In this document: positions 10,063 through 20,300 of the stretch, piece by piece
Layout of the letters: the number at the start of each line of letters is the position of its first letter
Position numbering within the stretch: the stretch's first letter is position 1
DNA from: a virus
Length of the DNA: 64,000 nucleotides
Direction: 5' to 3' (one strand)
Virus record (IMG/VR): IMGVR_UViG_3300037524_002067
Coordinates: 32,001 to 96,000 of that record
Notes under the pieces: generated by a model
Told to the model about the DNA's origin: nothing
The model's input: the letters and a program-made list of their open reading frames with translations, nothing else
Database searches by the model: none
Made by a program: the position numbers and the translations under genes

Positions 10063-10308
10063 ATGGAACAATTGCTAAATAAAAACTATGATTTTGTTAT
10101 TTTTGCTGATCAAAAATCACTAGATAGAATCAGTAAAAAAATAGCTTTTTCATGCGCTAAAATAACTCTTGTTGAAGATAATTTTTTACACATAAAAACA
10201 GTTTTTAATTTCAATGAAATACTTGATAATTTAAATGACGAAAACTGTAAAATACAGATGGTTGGAGAAAAAACTGGAATTGCTATTGATGCTCCGTGTT
10301 TAAATTAA
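10063..10308 (+). CDS. hypothetical protein
   Basis: 81 aa ORF. Confidence 0.5.
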   Translation: MEQLLNKNYDFVIFADQKSLDRISKKIAFSCAKITLVEDNFLHIKTVFNFNEILDNLNDENCKIQMVGEKTGIAIDAPCLN

Positions 10309-10944
10309 ACTCATTATTTTATCTTGAGTTTGCACATCTACAGTATCCATAAAGGATAACAAACCCATTTCAACAGATGGGTTATTTTTTTTGTAAACCC
10401 TTTCTTGTTTGGCATCAACCACCCATTGTGTGCCATTAACATTCACAGTTGGCAACACATTTTTTTCTTGAGTTGAAACTTGTTTTGGTGGTGCTGAGGT
10501 TAGCTTTTTCAAATCTTTATCAGTAAGATTAAAATCGCCATTTTTATCTTTTTCAATGTAGTCTTTTAATCTGTCTATATTCAAATGTATCTGTGTGTTT
10601 TTTGGTCTATATGTACTATCGCCAAAAACAATAGTTTCCATATCATTTGCCCTTATAACTACCCACACGAAACTACCCTCAGAATGCTCTGTTTTTCCAT
10701 TAACCTCTTGATGATAAACATATTTGTTTGGGCCTTTCATAAGTAAAATGCCAACATTATCTTGTCCAGGAAAATTAACCTTGTTAACAAATTCAATCAT
10801 TGACTTTATTTTTGATTGAATTTCTGGTTTTTCGTTATTGAAATTTGTAAACGTGCTTTGTAATCTATCATACACCCTTTCTTTAAAGTGTGGAGTTGCC
10901 ACAGCCTCTTTCAAGATGTTTCTTATGTATAAACGCAAGTTCAT
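10300..10944 (-). CDS. hypothetical protein (putative virion-associated)
   Basis: starts MNLRLYIRNILKE; TATTTATA upstream. Confidence 0.6.
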   Translation of the reverse strand: MNLRLYIRNILKEAVATPHFKERVYDRLQSTFTNFNNEKPEIQSKIKSMIEFVNKVNFPGQDNVGILLMKGPNKYVYHQEVNGKTEHSEGSFVWVVIRANDMETIVFGDSTYRPKNTQIHLNIDRLKDYIEKDKNGDFNLTDKDLKKLTSAPPKQVSTQEKNVLPTVNVNGTQWVVDAKQERVYKKNNPSVEMGLLSFMDTVDVQTQDKIMSLI

Positions 10945-10999
10945 TTTTGTTTATAAATAGGTCAAAAACAAGAAAATAACACCTATTTATAAACAAAAA
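10944..10999. promoter_or_regulatory. divergent promoter pair forming a perfect 19-bp inverted repeat
   Basis: TTTTTGTTTATAAATAGGT (10944-10962) / ACCTATTTATAAACAAAAA (10981-10999), each directly upstream of a start codon. Confidence 0.7.
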
Positions 11000-11004
11000 A
11001 GATA

Positions 11005-12780
11005 ATGGAACTTAATTTTGACCCAGAAAAAATAAAAAAACTTCTTGAAAACATGGAAACTAGGCAATTAAAAAAGCTTAGTGAAAAATTTGAAGATGAT
11101 GATGAGGAAAATCTAGGCGTTTATTCAAGTGGTTTTGATGCTTCTGAAATGGATGGCGATGCTTTAGCTGCTGCTATGGCAGATTTCAAAAAAGATAACA
11201 TAGATTTTGTACCATTAGGGAAAAGTAAATTCGAAAAAAATCTTGACATTGATCAAATGAAGTCAGATCTTTCTGCTGACAATTTAAATTTACCAAAACG
11301 TAAAGCTGAGTTATCAAAACACCAAAACACTCTAGATAAAAGATATAAACATGAAAAAAGATTTGGCGTTGGTTCTTTAAATGAGTGGGAAGGACCTCAA
11401 CCTGGAGATTCAGAATATCACAATCCAGGTCCAAATAAAAAACAACATGGCATAAGCAGATTTAACGAAATAGACTGGCAAGTACTCCACGAAACTTTGG
11501 TTGCAAATGAAGAGTTTATGAATACTGGCAAAGTAGAAGGTAATCCAAGATTCTATAAAATATACGCCAGCGATCTTACAGATTCTGATGAGGGAATGTT
11601 GACAAATGAAGACTTAAATCTTTTAGTTGCACATGATATTGTTAATGTATATAAAAACAATATAGAACTTGTTGATGATAAATTTTTAGATTACAATACA
11701 TTTTATCAAGCAGTTCAAGATGCGTGGGCTAAAGGATTTCCTCCAGTTCACAATGATAACAGTTCCGAGATGCCTTTTTTAAGAGGTAGAGAACTTGATG
11801 AGGAAGTAAGTGATGAAGAAGAAAAGGAGTTTAATTTTGATCAAAAATCTCTTTATCATTTTCTACAAGATGCATTTGATCAACTTTCCATTTACAACGA
11901 AGCTGAAGCAGCTAAAATTTTAGAAGCTGAACTTTTAAAGTATTATGATATCAAACCAAAAAAAATGTTTGAAGGTGCTGGCTTGATTAGGCCAAAAGAT
12001 GCTAACGGTATTGATATTACAAATAAAGCAAGAGTTAAACACCTAGAAAGTGGCGCTGTTGGACACGTTTTACACCCTGGATACAACAATGGAGAACAAA
12101 CAATTCATGTAGCTTGGCTAGACAATTCATTATCACAAATGCCACCAAAAGAAGTTCTTCCGTCTGAAATCGTTGTAGATGACGATACAAGAGTTGTTAG
12201 AGAAGCAACAGCTCGCACTATTTCTAATGGTAGAGCTGCAAACGCTAGACCAGAAACTTACCCAGCGTATTTTGAAAGAGATGTAAACAACAAAAATTTA
12301 GCTTACACTGGTGTACCAGAAATGTCTCTTGCAAATAAAATTTCAAACACAGAACTTGATATTATGGCAAACGTTAAAGCTATGAACGCTCAAAAAGAAG
12401 ATCCACTTATGAATCTTGTACCAAAACCAGCTGTTGAAACTATAAAATACACAATGTATGAAAAAGAAAGACTTGAAGAAGGTTATGATTTTGCAGCAGA
12501 TGAAAGACAATTTTTTAACCAATTAAATCAACAAGAGCTTGATCAATATGTTGGAAAAGAAATAAAAATTATAAATTCTGATATAGTCATAGATCTTGCT
12601 AATAATAGCGAAAAAAGATTGAACTCTATAATGGATGATCTTAAAAATGAATTAAACTCTCAAAGAATTAAAAACAACAGAGTTGTGGCTAGTGATTATT
12701 TAGATACACAGTGGGTATTTAACATAAACAAAGTTGATGACAACAGCGTGTATTTAGAATTTGAAGGTACTGCAAAATAA
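11005..12780 (+). CDS. acidic hypothetical protein (putative virion internal protein)
   Basis: 591 aa ORF, TATTTATA upstream. Confidence 0.65.
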   Translation: MELNFDPEKIKKLLENMETRQLKKLSEKFEDDDEENLGVYSSGFDASEMDGDALAAAMADFKKDNIDFVPLGKSKFEKNLDIDQMKSDLSADNLNLPKRKAELSKHQNTLDKRYKHEKRFGVGSLNEWEGPQPGDSEYHNPGPNKKQHGISRFNEIDWQVLHETLVANEEFMNTGKVEGNPRFYKIYASDLTDSDEGMLTNEDLNLLVAHDIVNVYKNNIELVDDKFLDYNTFYQAVQDAWAKGFPPVHNDNSSEMPFLRGRELDEEVSDEEEKEFNFDQKSLYHFLQDAFDQLSIYNEAEAAKILEAELLKYYDIKPKKMFEGAGLIRPKDANGIDITNKARVKHLESGAVGHVLHPGYNNGEQTIHVAWLDNSLSQMPPKEVLPSEIVVDDDTRVVREATARTISNGRAANARPETYPAYFERDVNNKNLAYTGVPEMSLANKISNTELDIMANVKAMNAQKEDPLMNLVPKPAVETIKYTMYEKERLEEGYDFAADERQFFNQLNQQELDQYVGKEIKIINSDIVIDLANNSEKRLNSIMDDLKNELNSQRIKNNRVVASDYLDTQWVFNINKVDDNSVYLEFEGTAK

Positions 12781-12792
12781 AACGATAAACAT

Positions 12793-13158
12793 ATGAAGTT
12801 TTTTAGTAACGATCCAAAAAAAACAAGAACTTACTCAGGTAAGCTCTCAAAACAATCTAGTTGGTTTAAAGTAGATAAAGATATTATCTTTGAAGATTCT
12901 TTTAAATATTGGTTTGCTCTTATGTGGCAAAACAAATATTTACATATAGGTGTTGTTGGTTTTATAGCTACAATAATTGAATTATTTAAATATAATGACC
13001 TGGTAGATACCTTTTACAAAAACATGCATGCAGATGGTTTCTTGGGTGGTTTATTTACATTTTTTGGGTGCATTATATTACCAGCAATGTTTCTTGTAGT
13101 TTTATACAAGGGATGGTGGCAATATTTTGACGACATGAAAAAGGGTATATCTAGATAA
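12793..13158 (+). CDS. membrane protein
   Basis: two hydrophobic segments. Confidence 0.6.
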   Translation: MKFFSNDPKKTRTYSGKLSKQSSWFKVDKDIIFEDSFKYWFALMWQNKYLHIGVVGFIATIIELFKYNDLVDTFYKNMHADGFLGGLFTFFGCIILPAMFLVVLYKGWWQYFDDMKKGISR

Positions 13159-13499
13159 TGGAAGTATATATAAATAGAGAATCCACAGGTCAAAAAATAG
13201 TTCTGAAAAATGGGCATGAAAAAACTTGTATTTCTCAAACAAGATCTGCTTTATTAATCGCCCCAAACAAATTAGAAATCGGACTTCTTTCACCAGATTT
13301 TATTTTACATATTGGTGAAATCGCTTATGAAGTTTATAACAGAGGTTATTTGTTAAAAGTGAACGATAACGAATATGCCTTTTTTCAATATGGAAATGTA
13401 TTATATGAGATCTTGAATTCTGAACTTAAAAAAGAACTTGAAAATGATCCAAAAATATTTCTTGAAGGTGGGGGTATAAAACCAAAAATATTGAGTTAA
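13158..13499 (+). CDS. hypothetical protein
   Basis: TAATG coupling with upstream gene. Confidence 0.6.
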   Translation: MEVYINRESTGQKIVLKNGHEKTCISQTRSALLIAPNKLEIGLLSPDFILHIGEIAYEVYNRGYLLKVNDNEYAFFQYGNVLYEILNSELKKELENDPKIFLEGGGIKPKILS

Positions 13500-13545
13500 A
13501 TGCTCAAAAAAATACGACCTAGGGCCGTGGCTAGCGAAATCTAGT

Positions 13546-13588
13546 CGAAACCTCACCTAAATCGCTATCAGGTGGGGTTTCTTTTTTT
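13546..13588 (+). terminator. intrinsic terminator
   Basis: GAAACCTCACCT/AGGTGGGGTTTC stem followed by T-run. Confidence 0.65.
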
Positions 13589-13621
13589 GTTTTTCTATTA
13601 ATATTTATATAAAAATAATTC

Positions 13622-14818
13622 ATGATAACACCATATAAAAAACCTTCTCAAACATCTACAAAACCAACATCAAAAACGCAGCCAAAAAGCAGAGATAAAG
13701 ATGTAAATGATGTTTTAAAAAGAAAAATAGATAATATGCTTTCTTTCTATACGAGAAGATACCCATATAATTTTATAGAGTCTGCTAGTGAACAATTAAA
13801 ACACTATATAGATTCTGGTCAAATAAAACAATTTCGTTTTGATCTTGGTGGAAACTCTAAATTAAACACATTGCTCACAGCTGGTTTAATGACAATTGCA
13901 ATTAATAACAATGATGATAATGCTAAAAAAATTGTTGAGAAATCTCTTTTACCTTCAGAAAATCCAATTTTTAGAGACAGAATAATAAGGAGCTACAACA
14001 GTAGTGGAAGTGCTGAATTTCCTATTGAAAAACTTACTAACGATGTAATTAAAATAGTTGATGATTCATTTCATTATGCATTTAATGATGCCTGGAAACA
14101 ATGGATCCACGATAACACCAGGGAAAACAAAATTATTCTTGGTGGTTTTATCGGAGAAATTGACAGCAGACTCACTGGAAAACAGGGAAAATTTACAGGT
14201 AGTGGATTTCCACACCGATGGAATTCTTATAATAAAAGCCCAAACAAATTCAAACAAGAGCCCGCTGGACCTCAAAAAATAGATCAATCTAAACACACAA
14301 TAAGCGATATTGTTAAATACATTTATGGTAAAAAAGATAATGAGGGTTTTGCTAGAATGGATGCATTTAATAAAGCAAATGCTGAAATATACAAGCTTTT
14401 ATTTACCAATATAAAAAACCCATTAATTGCAAAAGCATTTGATGGAGTTGTGGGTTCTAAATTAGATTATGATGAGATAGCGAGCTCAAGCAAAGATTTC
14501 AAAAAAGATCCAAAATTTGTAAAAAGTGTTTTTCAAAATTTACAAAAAAGTGCCCAAGCTGTAAACTTCATTAATAATACATACAAAAAATTTGGTCTTA
14601 AATTACCAAGTTTTAACACATGGACGGCTTCAGACTTAAATAAAGGACCTTCAGATAGAGGAGAGCTCACGCCAGAAAAACCAGAAATTGGTAGGGATCC
14701 AAAAGGAAATCTTGCAAAAATAAAATACGACAAATATGGTGAAAAATCTTATATACCACTTCAAGAATTAAGAAATATCATCAAAGAGATATTACAAAAA
14801 CTATTAATAAACAACTAA
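13622..14818 (+). CDS. hypothetical protein
   Basis: 398 aa; C-terminal LQELRNIIKEIL motif; TATTTATA upstream. Confidence 0.65.
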   Translation: MITPYKKPSQTSTKPTSKTQPKSRDKDVNDVLKRKIDNMLSFYTRRYPYNFIESASEQLKHYIDSGQIKQFRFDLGGNSKLNTLLTAGLMTIAINNNDDNAKKIVEKSLLPSENPIFRDRIIRSYNSSGSAEFPIEKLTNDVIKIVDDSFHYAFNDAWKQWIHDNTRENKIILGGFIGEIDSRLTGKQGKFTGSGFPHRWNSYNKSPNKFKQEPAGPQKIDQSKHTISDIVKYIYGKKDNEGFARMDAFNKANAEIYKLLFTNIKNPLIAKAFDGVVGSKLDYDEIASSSKDFKKDPKFVKSVFQNLQKSAQAVNFINNTYKKFGLKLPSFNTWTASDLNKGPSDRGELTPEKPEIGRDPKGNLAKIKYDKYGEKSYIPLQELRNIIKEILQKLLINN

Positions 14819-14830
14819 AAATCCAACATT

Positions 14831-14983
14831 ATGGCAGCAGCAACAGCAAAAAAACAAACCGCTTCACCAACTCTTAGAGTAAAGTCAAAGAAAAAAAGAC
14901 CTGGGGTTCATAGCAAAAAAAAGCAAGCTAATTTGAAATCTTCTAAGAATTATTCTAAGAAGTATGTTGGTCAGGGTAGATAA
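14831..14983 (+). CDS. small basic phage protein
   Basis: 50 aa MAAATAKK...KKRPGVHSK...KKYVGQGR; below the ORF track cut-off. Confidence 0.65.
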   Translation: MAAATAKKQTASPTLRVKSKKKRPGVHSKKKQANLKSSKNYSKKYVGQGR

Positions 14984-15013
14984 AAAATTAAATCATCATA
15001 AAAATAAAAGAAT

Positions 15014-15736
15014 ATGACACAAAATGAGTCAAAAGGTTTATGGGCCAACATACACGCCAAAAGAGAAAGAGGAGAGTCTCCAGCAAAACCTGGAGATAAA
15101 GATTATCCAAAAAAAGACGCTTGGGAAAAGGCTAAAAACGAAAACAACAACTATGTAGAAGATAACGAAAAAGAAGGTGGTTATTATAAAATGACTCTCT
15201 TGAATATAAAAAGCATGTCAGAAGATATTAATGATTTAGTTGGCGAAGATGATGATTTACCATCGTGGATTCAAGATAAAATTACAATAGCTGAACACAA
15301 CATGGATGCTATTTTGGGCTATCTAATTTCCAAAAACCCAGATGCTTTTGAATACGCTTCAGATGATGAAGACGAATTAGACGATGAAGAGCTGGAGGAA
15401 GCTTGCAATTATTTAAAAAAATCAAACAAATTCAAATCAAAAGATGGCAATTTTGAATTATACGAACTAGATGAGAACAGCAATTCCGACTTAAACGAAG
15501 CAGAGTATCAAGGGAGAAAAGTTAAGTTGGGAAAAATAATGAGAGGTGATGTAAAAAAATTTAAAGTATTCGTAAAAAAACCAAACGGAAAAATTGTAAA
15601 AGTTAACTTTGGTGATCCCAATATGAGAATTAAAAAAAATATTCCAGCAAGAAGAAAGTCTTTTAGAGCAAGACATCGTTGTGATAATCCAGGCCCAAGG
15701 TGGAAAGCTAAATACTGGGCATGCAGAACTTGGTAA
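15014..15736 (+). CDS. conserved phage protein (putative virion component)
   Basis: C-terminal EAEYQGRKVKLGK...VNFGDPNM...RRKSFRARHRC...YWAC domain typical of large myoviruses. Confidence 0.65.
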   Translation: MTQNESKGLWANIHAKRERGESPAKPGDKDYPKKDAWEKAKNENNNYVEDNEKEGGYYKMTLLNIKSMSEDINDLVGEDDDLPSWIQDKITIAEHNMDAILGYLISKNPDAFEYASDDEDELDDEELEEACNYLKKSNKFKSKDGNFELYELDENSNSDLNEAEYQGRKVKLGKIMRGDVKKFKVFVKKPNGKIVKVNFGDPNMRIKKNIPARRKSFRARHRCDNPGPRWKAKYWACRTW

Positions 15737-15744
15737 AATTAAAA

Positions 15745-16209
15745 ATGAAATTCTTTGTTTATATACTACTTTTTTTCAACCTCAACCTGATTGCGGCGCA
15801 AGAGTTTTGCGACTATTACGAAGACACAACAAAAATGCAATTGGTAAGAGTGGACATGAAAGAACAAATGAGAAACACTCTATTTGAGTGTTTAAAAAAT
15901 GGTGACATAAAAGATATCATGATATTTTTAGATCCTAGTCTAAACTTCATTTATGTAAAAGACACTTCAGTTATAAAAAATCAAATTGTCACCGAATATG
16001 AAGCTATAGAAATATTAAAAAATGTTGAAAAGGTTGATTACAATTTTTTTAAAATACAATATGATCTATATCATGATGGAAATTATATGATCATAGCTAG
16101 ATTATATAAATCAGATATGGAAATTATTCCACTAATGAACATTTACTTCATTTTCTCAAAATATAGCTTCGTTAAAGCCATTGCAGTGCAGTGGGGAATT
16201 ACAAAATAA
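15745..16209 (+). CDS. putative exported protein
   Basis: MKFFVYILLFFNLNLIAAQ signal-peptide-like start. Confidence 0.55.
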   Translation: MKFFVYILLFFNLNLIAAQEFCDYYEDTTKMQLVRVDMKEQMRNTLFECLKNGDIKDIMIFLDPSLNFIYVKDTSVIKNQIVTEYEAIEILKNVEKVDYNFFKIQYDLYHDGNYMIIARLYKSDMEIIPLMNIYFIFSKYSFVKAIAVQWGITK

Positions 16210-16233
16210 ACATACTGGGAAATTAAAAACTAG

Positions 16234-16318
16234 AAGCGGGGGTCAGATTCGAACTGACGTTCTCTTTCGAGTTAAAGGTTATGAGCCTTCGCTGGATCCA
16301 ACTCCAGTCGACCCCGCA
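16234..16318 (-). tRNA. tRNA-Met(CAT), initiator-like, long variable arm
   Basis: GCGGGG/CCCCGC acceptor with 1:72 mismatch, loop CTCATAA, GTTCGAATC T-loop. Confidence 0.7.
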
Positions 16319-16323
16319 ATTTG

Positions 16324-16468
16324 TTGCAATGGTTGGAATTGCACCAACTTTCTCTGACTTAGCGCCAGCGAGTTTTAGGTAGATAAATCCACAAACTACA
16401 AACACATATTACGTAATTCTATGTTTGCTAAAAGGATTCCATATAACCTTCTGTCTCTCTCCATTGCG
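16324..16468 (-). ncRNA. tRNA-like RNA with large internal insertion
   Basis: CGCAATG/CATTGCA acceptor, GTTGG-TGCAATT-CCAAC T-arm, 145 nt, no clear anticodon arm. Confidence 0.4.
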
Positions 16469-16481
16469 AGAGTTTGTTCTG

Positions 16482-16565
16482 TACCAGCGGTGGGACTCAA
16501 ACCCACAATACCACAGGGTATCCGCTTATGAGGCGGACGCAATTATCACATCTGCTCACACTGGC
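16482..16565 (-). tRNA. tRNA-Met/Ile2(CAT), long variable arm
   Basis: TCCGC-CTCATAA-GCGGA anticodon arm; GCCAGTG/CGCTGGT acceptor. Confidence 0.7.
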
Positions 16566-16606
16566 ATATTTATAGACACCATTATAATGTCTATAAATTT
16601 TTCTTG

Positions 16607-16689
16607 TTGAATAGACAGGATTTTAACCTGTGAACACGTTATGTGATCTGTGTTACACACAGACGGTTTTAACACTTACCTACTATCCA
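16607..16689 (-). tRNA. degenerate tRNA-Tyr(GTA)
   Basis: TGGATAG/CTATTCA acceptor, TCTGT-GTGTAAC-ACAGA arm, long variable arm, atypical T-loop. Confidence 0.45.
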
Positions 16690-17025
16690 TGACATGATTT
16701 CTCATTTACTAATACTGTTTCAATTAGATCGAGCGTTGCATGCCACGCCGAGAGAGTTCGTGTTTGGCGGATGTTATCTCACTCACAACTATCAACACTA
16801 TGTTTAGATGCTGGGATGTTTTGCATCCATCTTATCAATTACACTGAATGGTGAAGCACCAATTCCAGCATACTCAATATTTTCAAAACCATTTTCTTTG
16901 GTTATCAAAGACTCACTCTCGCTAATAGCTCCAGTAAATTTATCAAACCCTTTTTTGTTTTCAATCTTGCCAGTTGAAGGATTGTAATAAAATTAATTTT
17001 TACCTATTTATAATAAAACAATTTT

Positions 17026-17709
17026 ATGAAACCACTTTACACTACTAAAGAATTTAATTTAGCTAAATCTTTTGATAAATTACCTTGTGAATGCTATCAT
17101 TGTAAACAGCCATTTTTAATTTATAAAACTCGAATTGTTGATGTTTTAAGACCAAATAATAAAGTTAAAACAAAAGCAAAATATTGCTCAAAAGAATGCT
17201 CTTCAAAAGCTAGGAGTTTAAAAATAACCTATCAATGCCATCATTGCGGAAAGGAATGTGTTAAAAAAGCATCTCAAATCAAACTATCAAAATCAGGGTT
17301 TAATTTTTGTTCAAAACATTGCACATCTTCTTATCATATTAAACATAAAAACTACGGAACTAATCGTTCAAAACTAGAACAATGGATTGCTGAACAATTA
17401 ATTATAAAATATCCAGATCTTAATATTAAATACAACGATACTGAAACACTTAACGGATTAGAATTAGATATTTATATCCCATCCTTACAGATTGCTTTCG
17501 AATTAAATGGCGTTTTTCATTATGAGCCAATTTTTGGACAAGACAAACTTGACAAAACAATAAAAAAAGATAAGAACAAAATGAGCCTTTGTTTAGAAAA
17601 CAAAATTGATTTATGCATAATTGATACTACGTCACAAAAATATTTTAAAGAACATACTTCACATAAGTTTTTAGACATTATATTAAACATAATCCAACAG
17701 CGTTTATAA
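17026..17709 (+). CDS. zinc-finger plus DUF559/Vsr-like endonuclease (homing-type)
   Basis: several CxxC/YCS motifs; SKLE...LELDIYIPSLQIAFELNGVFHY. Confidence 0.7.
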   Translation: MKPLYTTKEFNLAKSFDKLPCECYHCKQPFLIYKTRIVDVLRPNNKVKTKAKYCSKECSSKARSLKITYQCHHCGKECVKKASQIKLSKSGFNFCSKHCTSSYHIKHKNYGTNRSKLEQWIAEQLIIKYPDLNIKYNDTETLNGLELDIYIPSLQIAFELNGVFHYEPIFGQDKLDKTIKKDKNKMSLCLENKIDLCIIDTTSQKYFKEHTSHKFLDIILNIIQQRL

Positions 17710-17871
17710 TTTATTGAATTGAATTCTTAAATCATGGATCTTTCTTTGATAATCTGAAACACTGATTTCTTTGGTGTTTGACGTTTTCTTCGTCAACTCA
17801 CTACGCATTTCATCTTCCAAAAATTTAATCCTCTCCTGAAGTTTTAACTTCTTCTTTTCTTGATTTACCAT
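17704..17871 (-). CDS. small coiled-coil protein
   Basis: 55 aa MVNQEKKKLKLQERIKFLEDEMRSELTKK... Confidence 0.45.
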   Translation of the reverse strand: MVNQEKKKLKLQERIKFLEDEMRSELTKKTSNTKEISVSDYQRKIHDLRIQFNKL

Positions 17872-18028
17872 CACGTTCTTTTTTTAGCTCATTAATTATT
17901 TCTTGTAACACAATTGCATGTCGAGCATACACAGTCATTTGTGCTTTTATTTTTTCTATATGATCTATGGTTGTTAATTTTGATTTTAATCTATAACCGT
18001 CTCCATCATCATTGTTTTGATTTTGCAT
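17825..18028 (-). CDS. hypothetical protein
   Basis: 67 aa ORF. Confidence 0.4.
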   Translation of the reverse strand: MQNQNNDDGDGYRLKSKLTTIDHIEKIKAQMTVYARHAIVLQEIINELKKERDGKSRKEEVKTSGED

Positions 18029-18228
18029 TTGTTTCTCTTTCTTCTTTCTACCGCATTGTTATAATCTACAACACACGTATCAATGTCATCTTCATATATA
18101 CGACATTTAATTTTTAAATTGCTTATTACATAAAACATTGACATAAACATCAAAGCTACAATAAGCGTTTTTTCCTTTTTTCAATTTCAATTTTTCATTT
18201 TTTTGTTTTTTTTTATTTGTTTTTCTTG

Positions 18229-18301
18229 AGCAGAAGAGGAGAATCGAACTCCCGTCCACGACTTGGCAAGCCATTGTAATAAGCCACTATACGACTTCTG
18301 C
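18229..18301 (-). tRNA. tRNA-Gly(GCC)
   Basis: cloverleaf, loop TTGCCAA, U73. Confidence 0.75.
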
Positions 18302-18375
18302 AGGAACAACCTCAGTCAACATTTTGCTACGAGTTACTGACGTAGTTTGGAGTTAACCTCTGGTTGCATTTTTTG

Positions 18376-18446
18376 AGCAAAGTATCGGATTCGAACCGCA
18401 CCCCGACATTGGAAGTGTCGTGCTCACCCTTCGAGCTCTACCTTGC
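18376..18446 (-). tRNA. tRNA-Gly(TCC)
   Basis: GACA-CTTCCAA-TGTC arm, GCTC/GAGC D-stem, U73; overlaps the HNH stop codon. Confidence 0.7.
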
Positions 18447-19059
18447 ATTTATTTATGTTTCTATTTCTTCCTCCGTGTGTATCTAAAGTCGCATTACAAT
18501 TTGGACATAATATTCTTAAATTTTCTAATCTATTATCGTTGTGAACGCCGTTTTCATGATCCAAAATTAAACTCATATGTGCACCATTCCATTCCTCCCC
18601 TTGCCCACACATTTCACATTTATTTTGTTTCAACCCCTCCCTATATAATCTATTTTTTAAAGATACAGTGTTGTTATAGGTTGAATTTTTAATTAATACA
18701 TTTTTTAAATCTATTTTTTTACTAAAAATAACTTGTTCTCCTTTATAATCAAAATGAGAAATATCAACCTCATATAAATTTATGTATTTTATAACTGTTT
18801 TACGATTCCCGTGCCCATCATTTAATTGTAATTTTCTAACAGCATCAGAATAACTTCTTGAATTTTTTATTATTTCAATAAATTCTTCTTTTACATATCT
18901 TTTGCTCCTCAAGTTTAATTTTAACTCTTTTGCTTTGTGTTTTACTGAATCTTTACTTCTATTAAGATTAACCATACAATAATTGACCCCGTATTCAACA
19001 TAATTAGAAATAACAAACTCAATTTCTTTTTCACTCCATTTTTTTGGTATTTTTTTCAT
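18424..19059 (-). CDS. HNH homing endonuclease
   Basis: CEMCG...LILDHENGVHNDNRLENLRILCPNCNA. Confidence 0.85.
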   Translation of the reverse strand: MKKIPKKWSEKEIEFVISNYVEYGVNYCMVNLNRSKDSVKHKAKELKLNLRSKRYVKEEFIEIIKNSRSYSDAVRKLQLNDGHGNRKTVIKYINLYEVDISHFDYKGEQVIFSKKIDLKNVLIKNSTYNNTVSLKNRLYREGLKQNKCEMCGQGEEWNGAHMSLILDHENGVHNDNRLENLRILCPNCNATLDTHGGRNRNINKCKVELEG

Positions 19060-19120
19060 TGCTCTTTACTTTTATTATAAATATTGCCAAAAAAAGCAAA
19101 GTGCAATAAAAATGTTTTTG

Positions 19121-19203
19121 AGCGAGTTGGGGTAGTCGAAACCCCATATATGCATTGGAAGTGCATCATAATACGCCTTTAAGCTCCGTTATACTAAACT
19201 CGC
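19121..19203 (-). tRNA. tRNA-Gly(TCC), expanded D-loop
   Basis: ATGCA-CTTCCAA-TGCAT arm; GCGAGTT/AACTCGC acceptor, U73. Confidence 0.7.
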
Positions 19204-19456
19204 AGTTTACACATTTTCCTTTAATTTTCAGAGGGCGGCAATGTGTTAGCCTTTCTGCTACTCTTTATAAAACACATCCTGCATATTCGTCCCTAAGGAT
19301 AATGTTATTTTGCAGTGCATCCCCTTAAAGGAATGACGGAGGATATCCGTTTCTTGTGCTTCAATTGGTATGGGCATTGTAAAAAACAAGACTACAAACC
19401 CATCTTTACAGCGTTACACATCTACCCGTAGCTAGGTCACAGACATGGCGCAGTCG

Positions 19457-19575
19457 TGGGGAGAGCTAGACTCGAACTAGCATAGCCATTTAAGGCAGCG
19501 TGGTTACGACCACACAATGCTTACCGTACCGAGCTTCGATGATCAGTCGAAAAGCGTGTACATTGCCACCTCCCC
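19457..19575 (-). tRNA. tRNA-Tyr(GTA)-like RNA with greatly expanded D-region
   Basis: GGGGAGG/TCTCCCC acceptor, A73, T-arm GCTAG-TTCGAGT-CTAGC, long variable arm, GTA in an irregular loop; 119 nt. Confidence 0.5.
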
Positions 19576-19601
19576 AAATAATTTTTTTGATTTAAATACG
19601 A

Positions 19602-20063
19602 TTAATCGTCTTTTTTGCTGTTAGCGTATTTAACGCCCATTATCGTTCCAATAATACTGAAACTGTTTGTAAGCAAGATGCTAAACATATTGCTCCATGT
19701 TGATTCTATGATTTTTACCTCATAACCTTTTACAAGAGCTAGAACATATAACCCTGTTGTAATTAATCCAACTCCAAGTATAATCCCAAGAGCAACTTTT
19801 ACAATTTGACCAACCAATTGATTTTGAGTTTTCTTTTGTAAAACTTCAAGTTCATGAAGCGCATCTTCTTTTTCTTGAGCGTTTTTTTGGCTTTGCTCCA
19901 AATGCCACTTGTTTATTCTTCCAACACTTGTGCCAAGTTCACGAGCAACAGCAAATTGATTTTCAACATCTTTACCATTAAGTTTCCCTGTTCTTAAATA
20001 CTCTTCATAAAGCTTTATTTTGTCAGGTGTAAATTCATTGCCAGATGTTTCTTCTTTTGCCAT
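19602..20063 (-). CDS. two-TM membrane protein
   Basis: start reassigned to MAKEE (TATTTATA upstream); two C-terminal hydrophobic helices. Confidence 0.65.
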   Translation of the reverse strand: MAKEETSGNEFTPDKIKLYEEYLRTGKLNGKDVENQFAVARELGTSVGRINKWHLEQSQKNAQEKEDALHELEVLQKKTQNQLVGQIVKVALGIILGVGLITTGLYVLALVKGYEVKIIESTWSNMFSILLTNSFSIIGTIMGVKYANSKKDD

Positions 20064-20135
20064 TGTTCGTTGTTTTTTTACTATTATAAATAATAACAAA
20101 AAAACTTCGGGCACAGGTTTTTAAAAAATAATTTG

Positions 20136-20221
20136 TGGAAATGACGGGACTCGAACCCGCATTAGAACTTTCGTCCGTCCTGATTGCAAATCAGGTGCCT
20201 AACCAATTAGACTACATCCCC
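20136..20221 (-). tRNA. tRNA-Ala(TGC), long variable arm
   Basis: G3:U70 pair, CCTGA-TTTGCAA-TCAGG arm. Confidence 0.75.
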
Positions 20222-20226
20222 ATTTG

Positions 20227-20300
20227 TGGAGGTAAACGGATTCGAACCGATGACCCCCTGCGTGCAAGGCAGGTGCTCTAGCCAGCTGAGCTATACCCCC
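20227..20300 (-). tRNA. tRNA-Ala(TGC)
   Basis: canonical cloverleaf, G3:U70, loop CTTGCAC. Confidence 0.92.
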
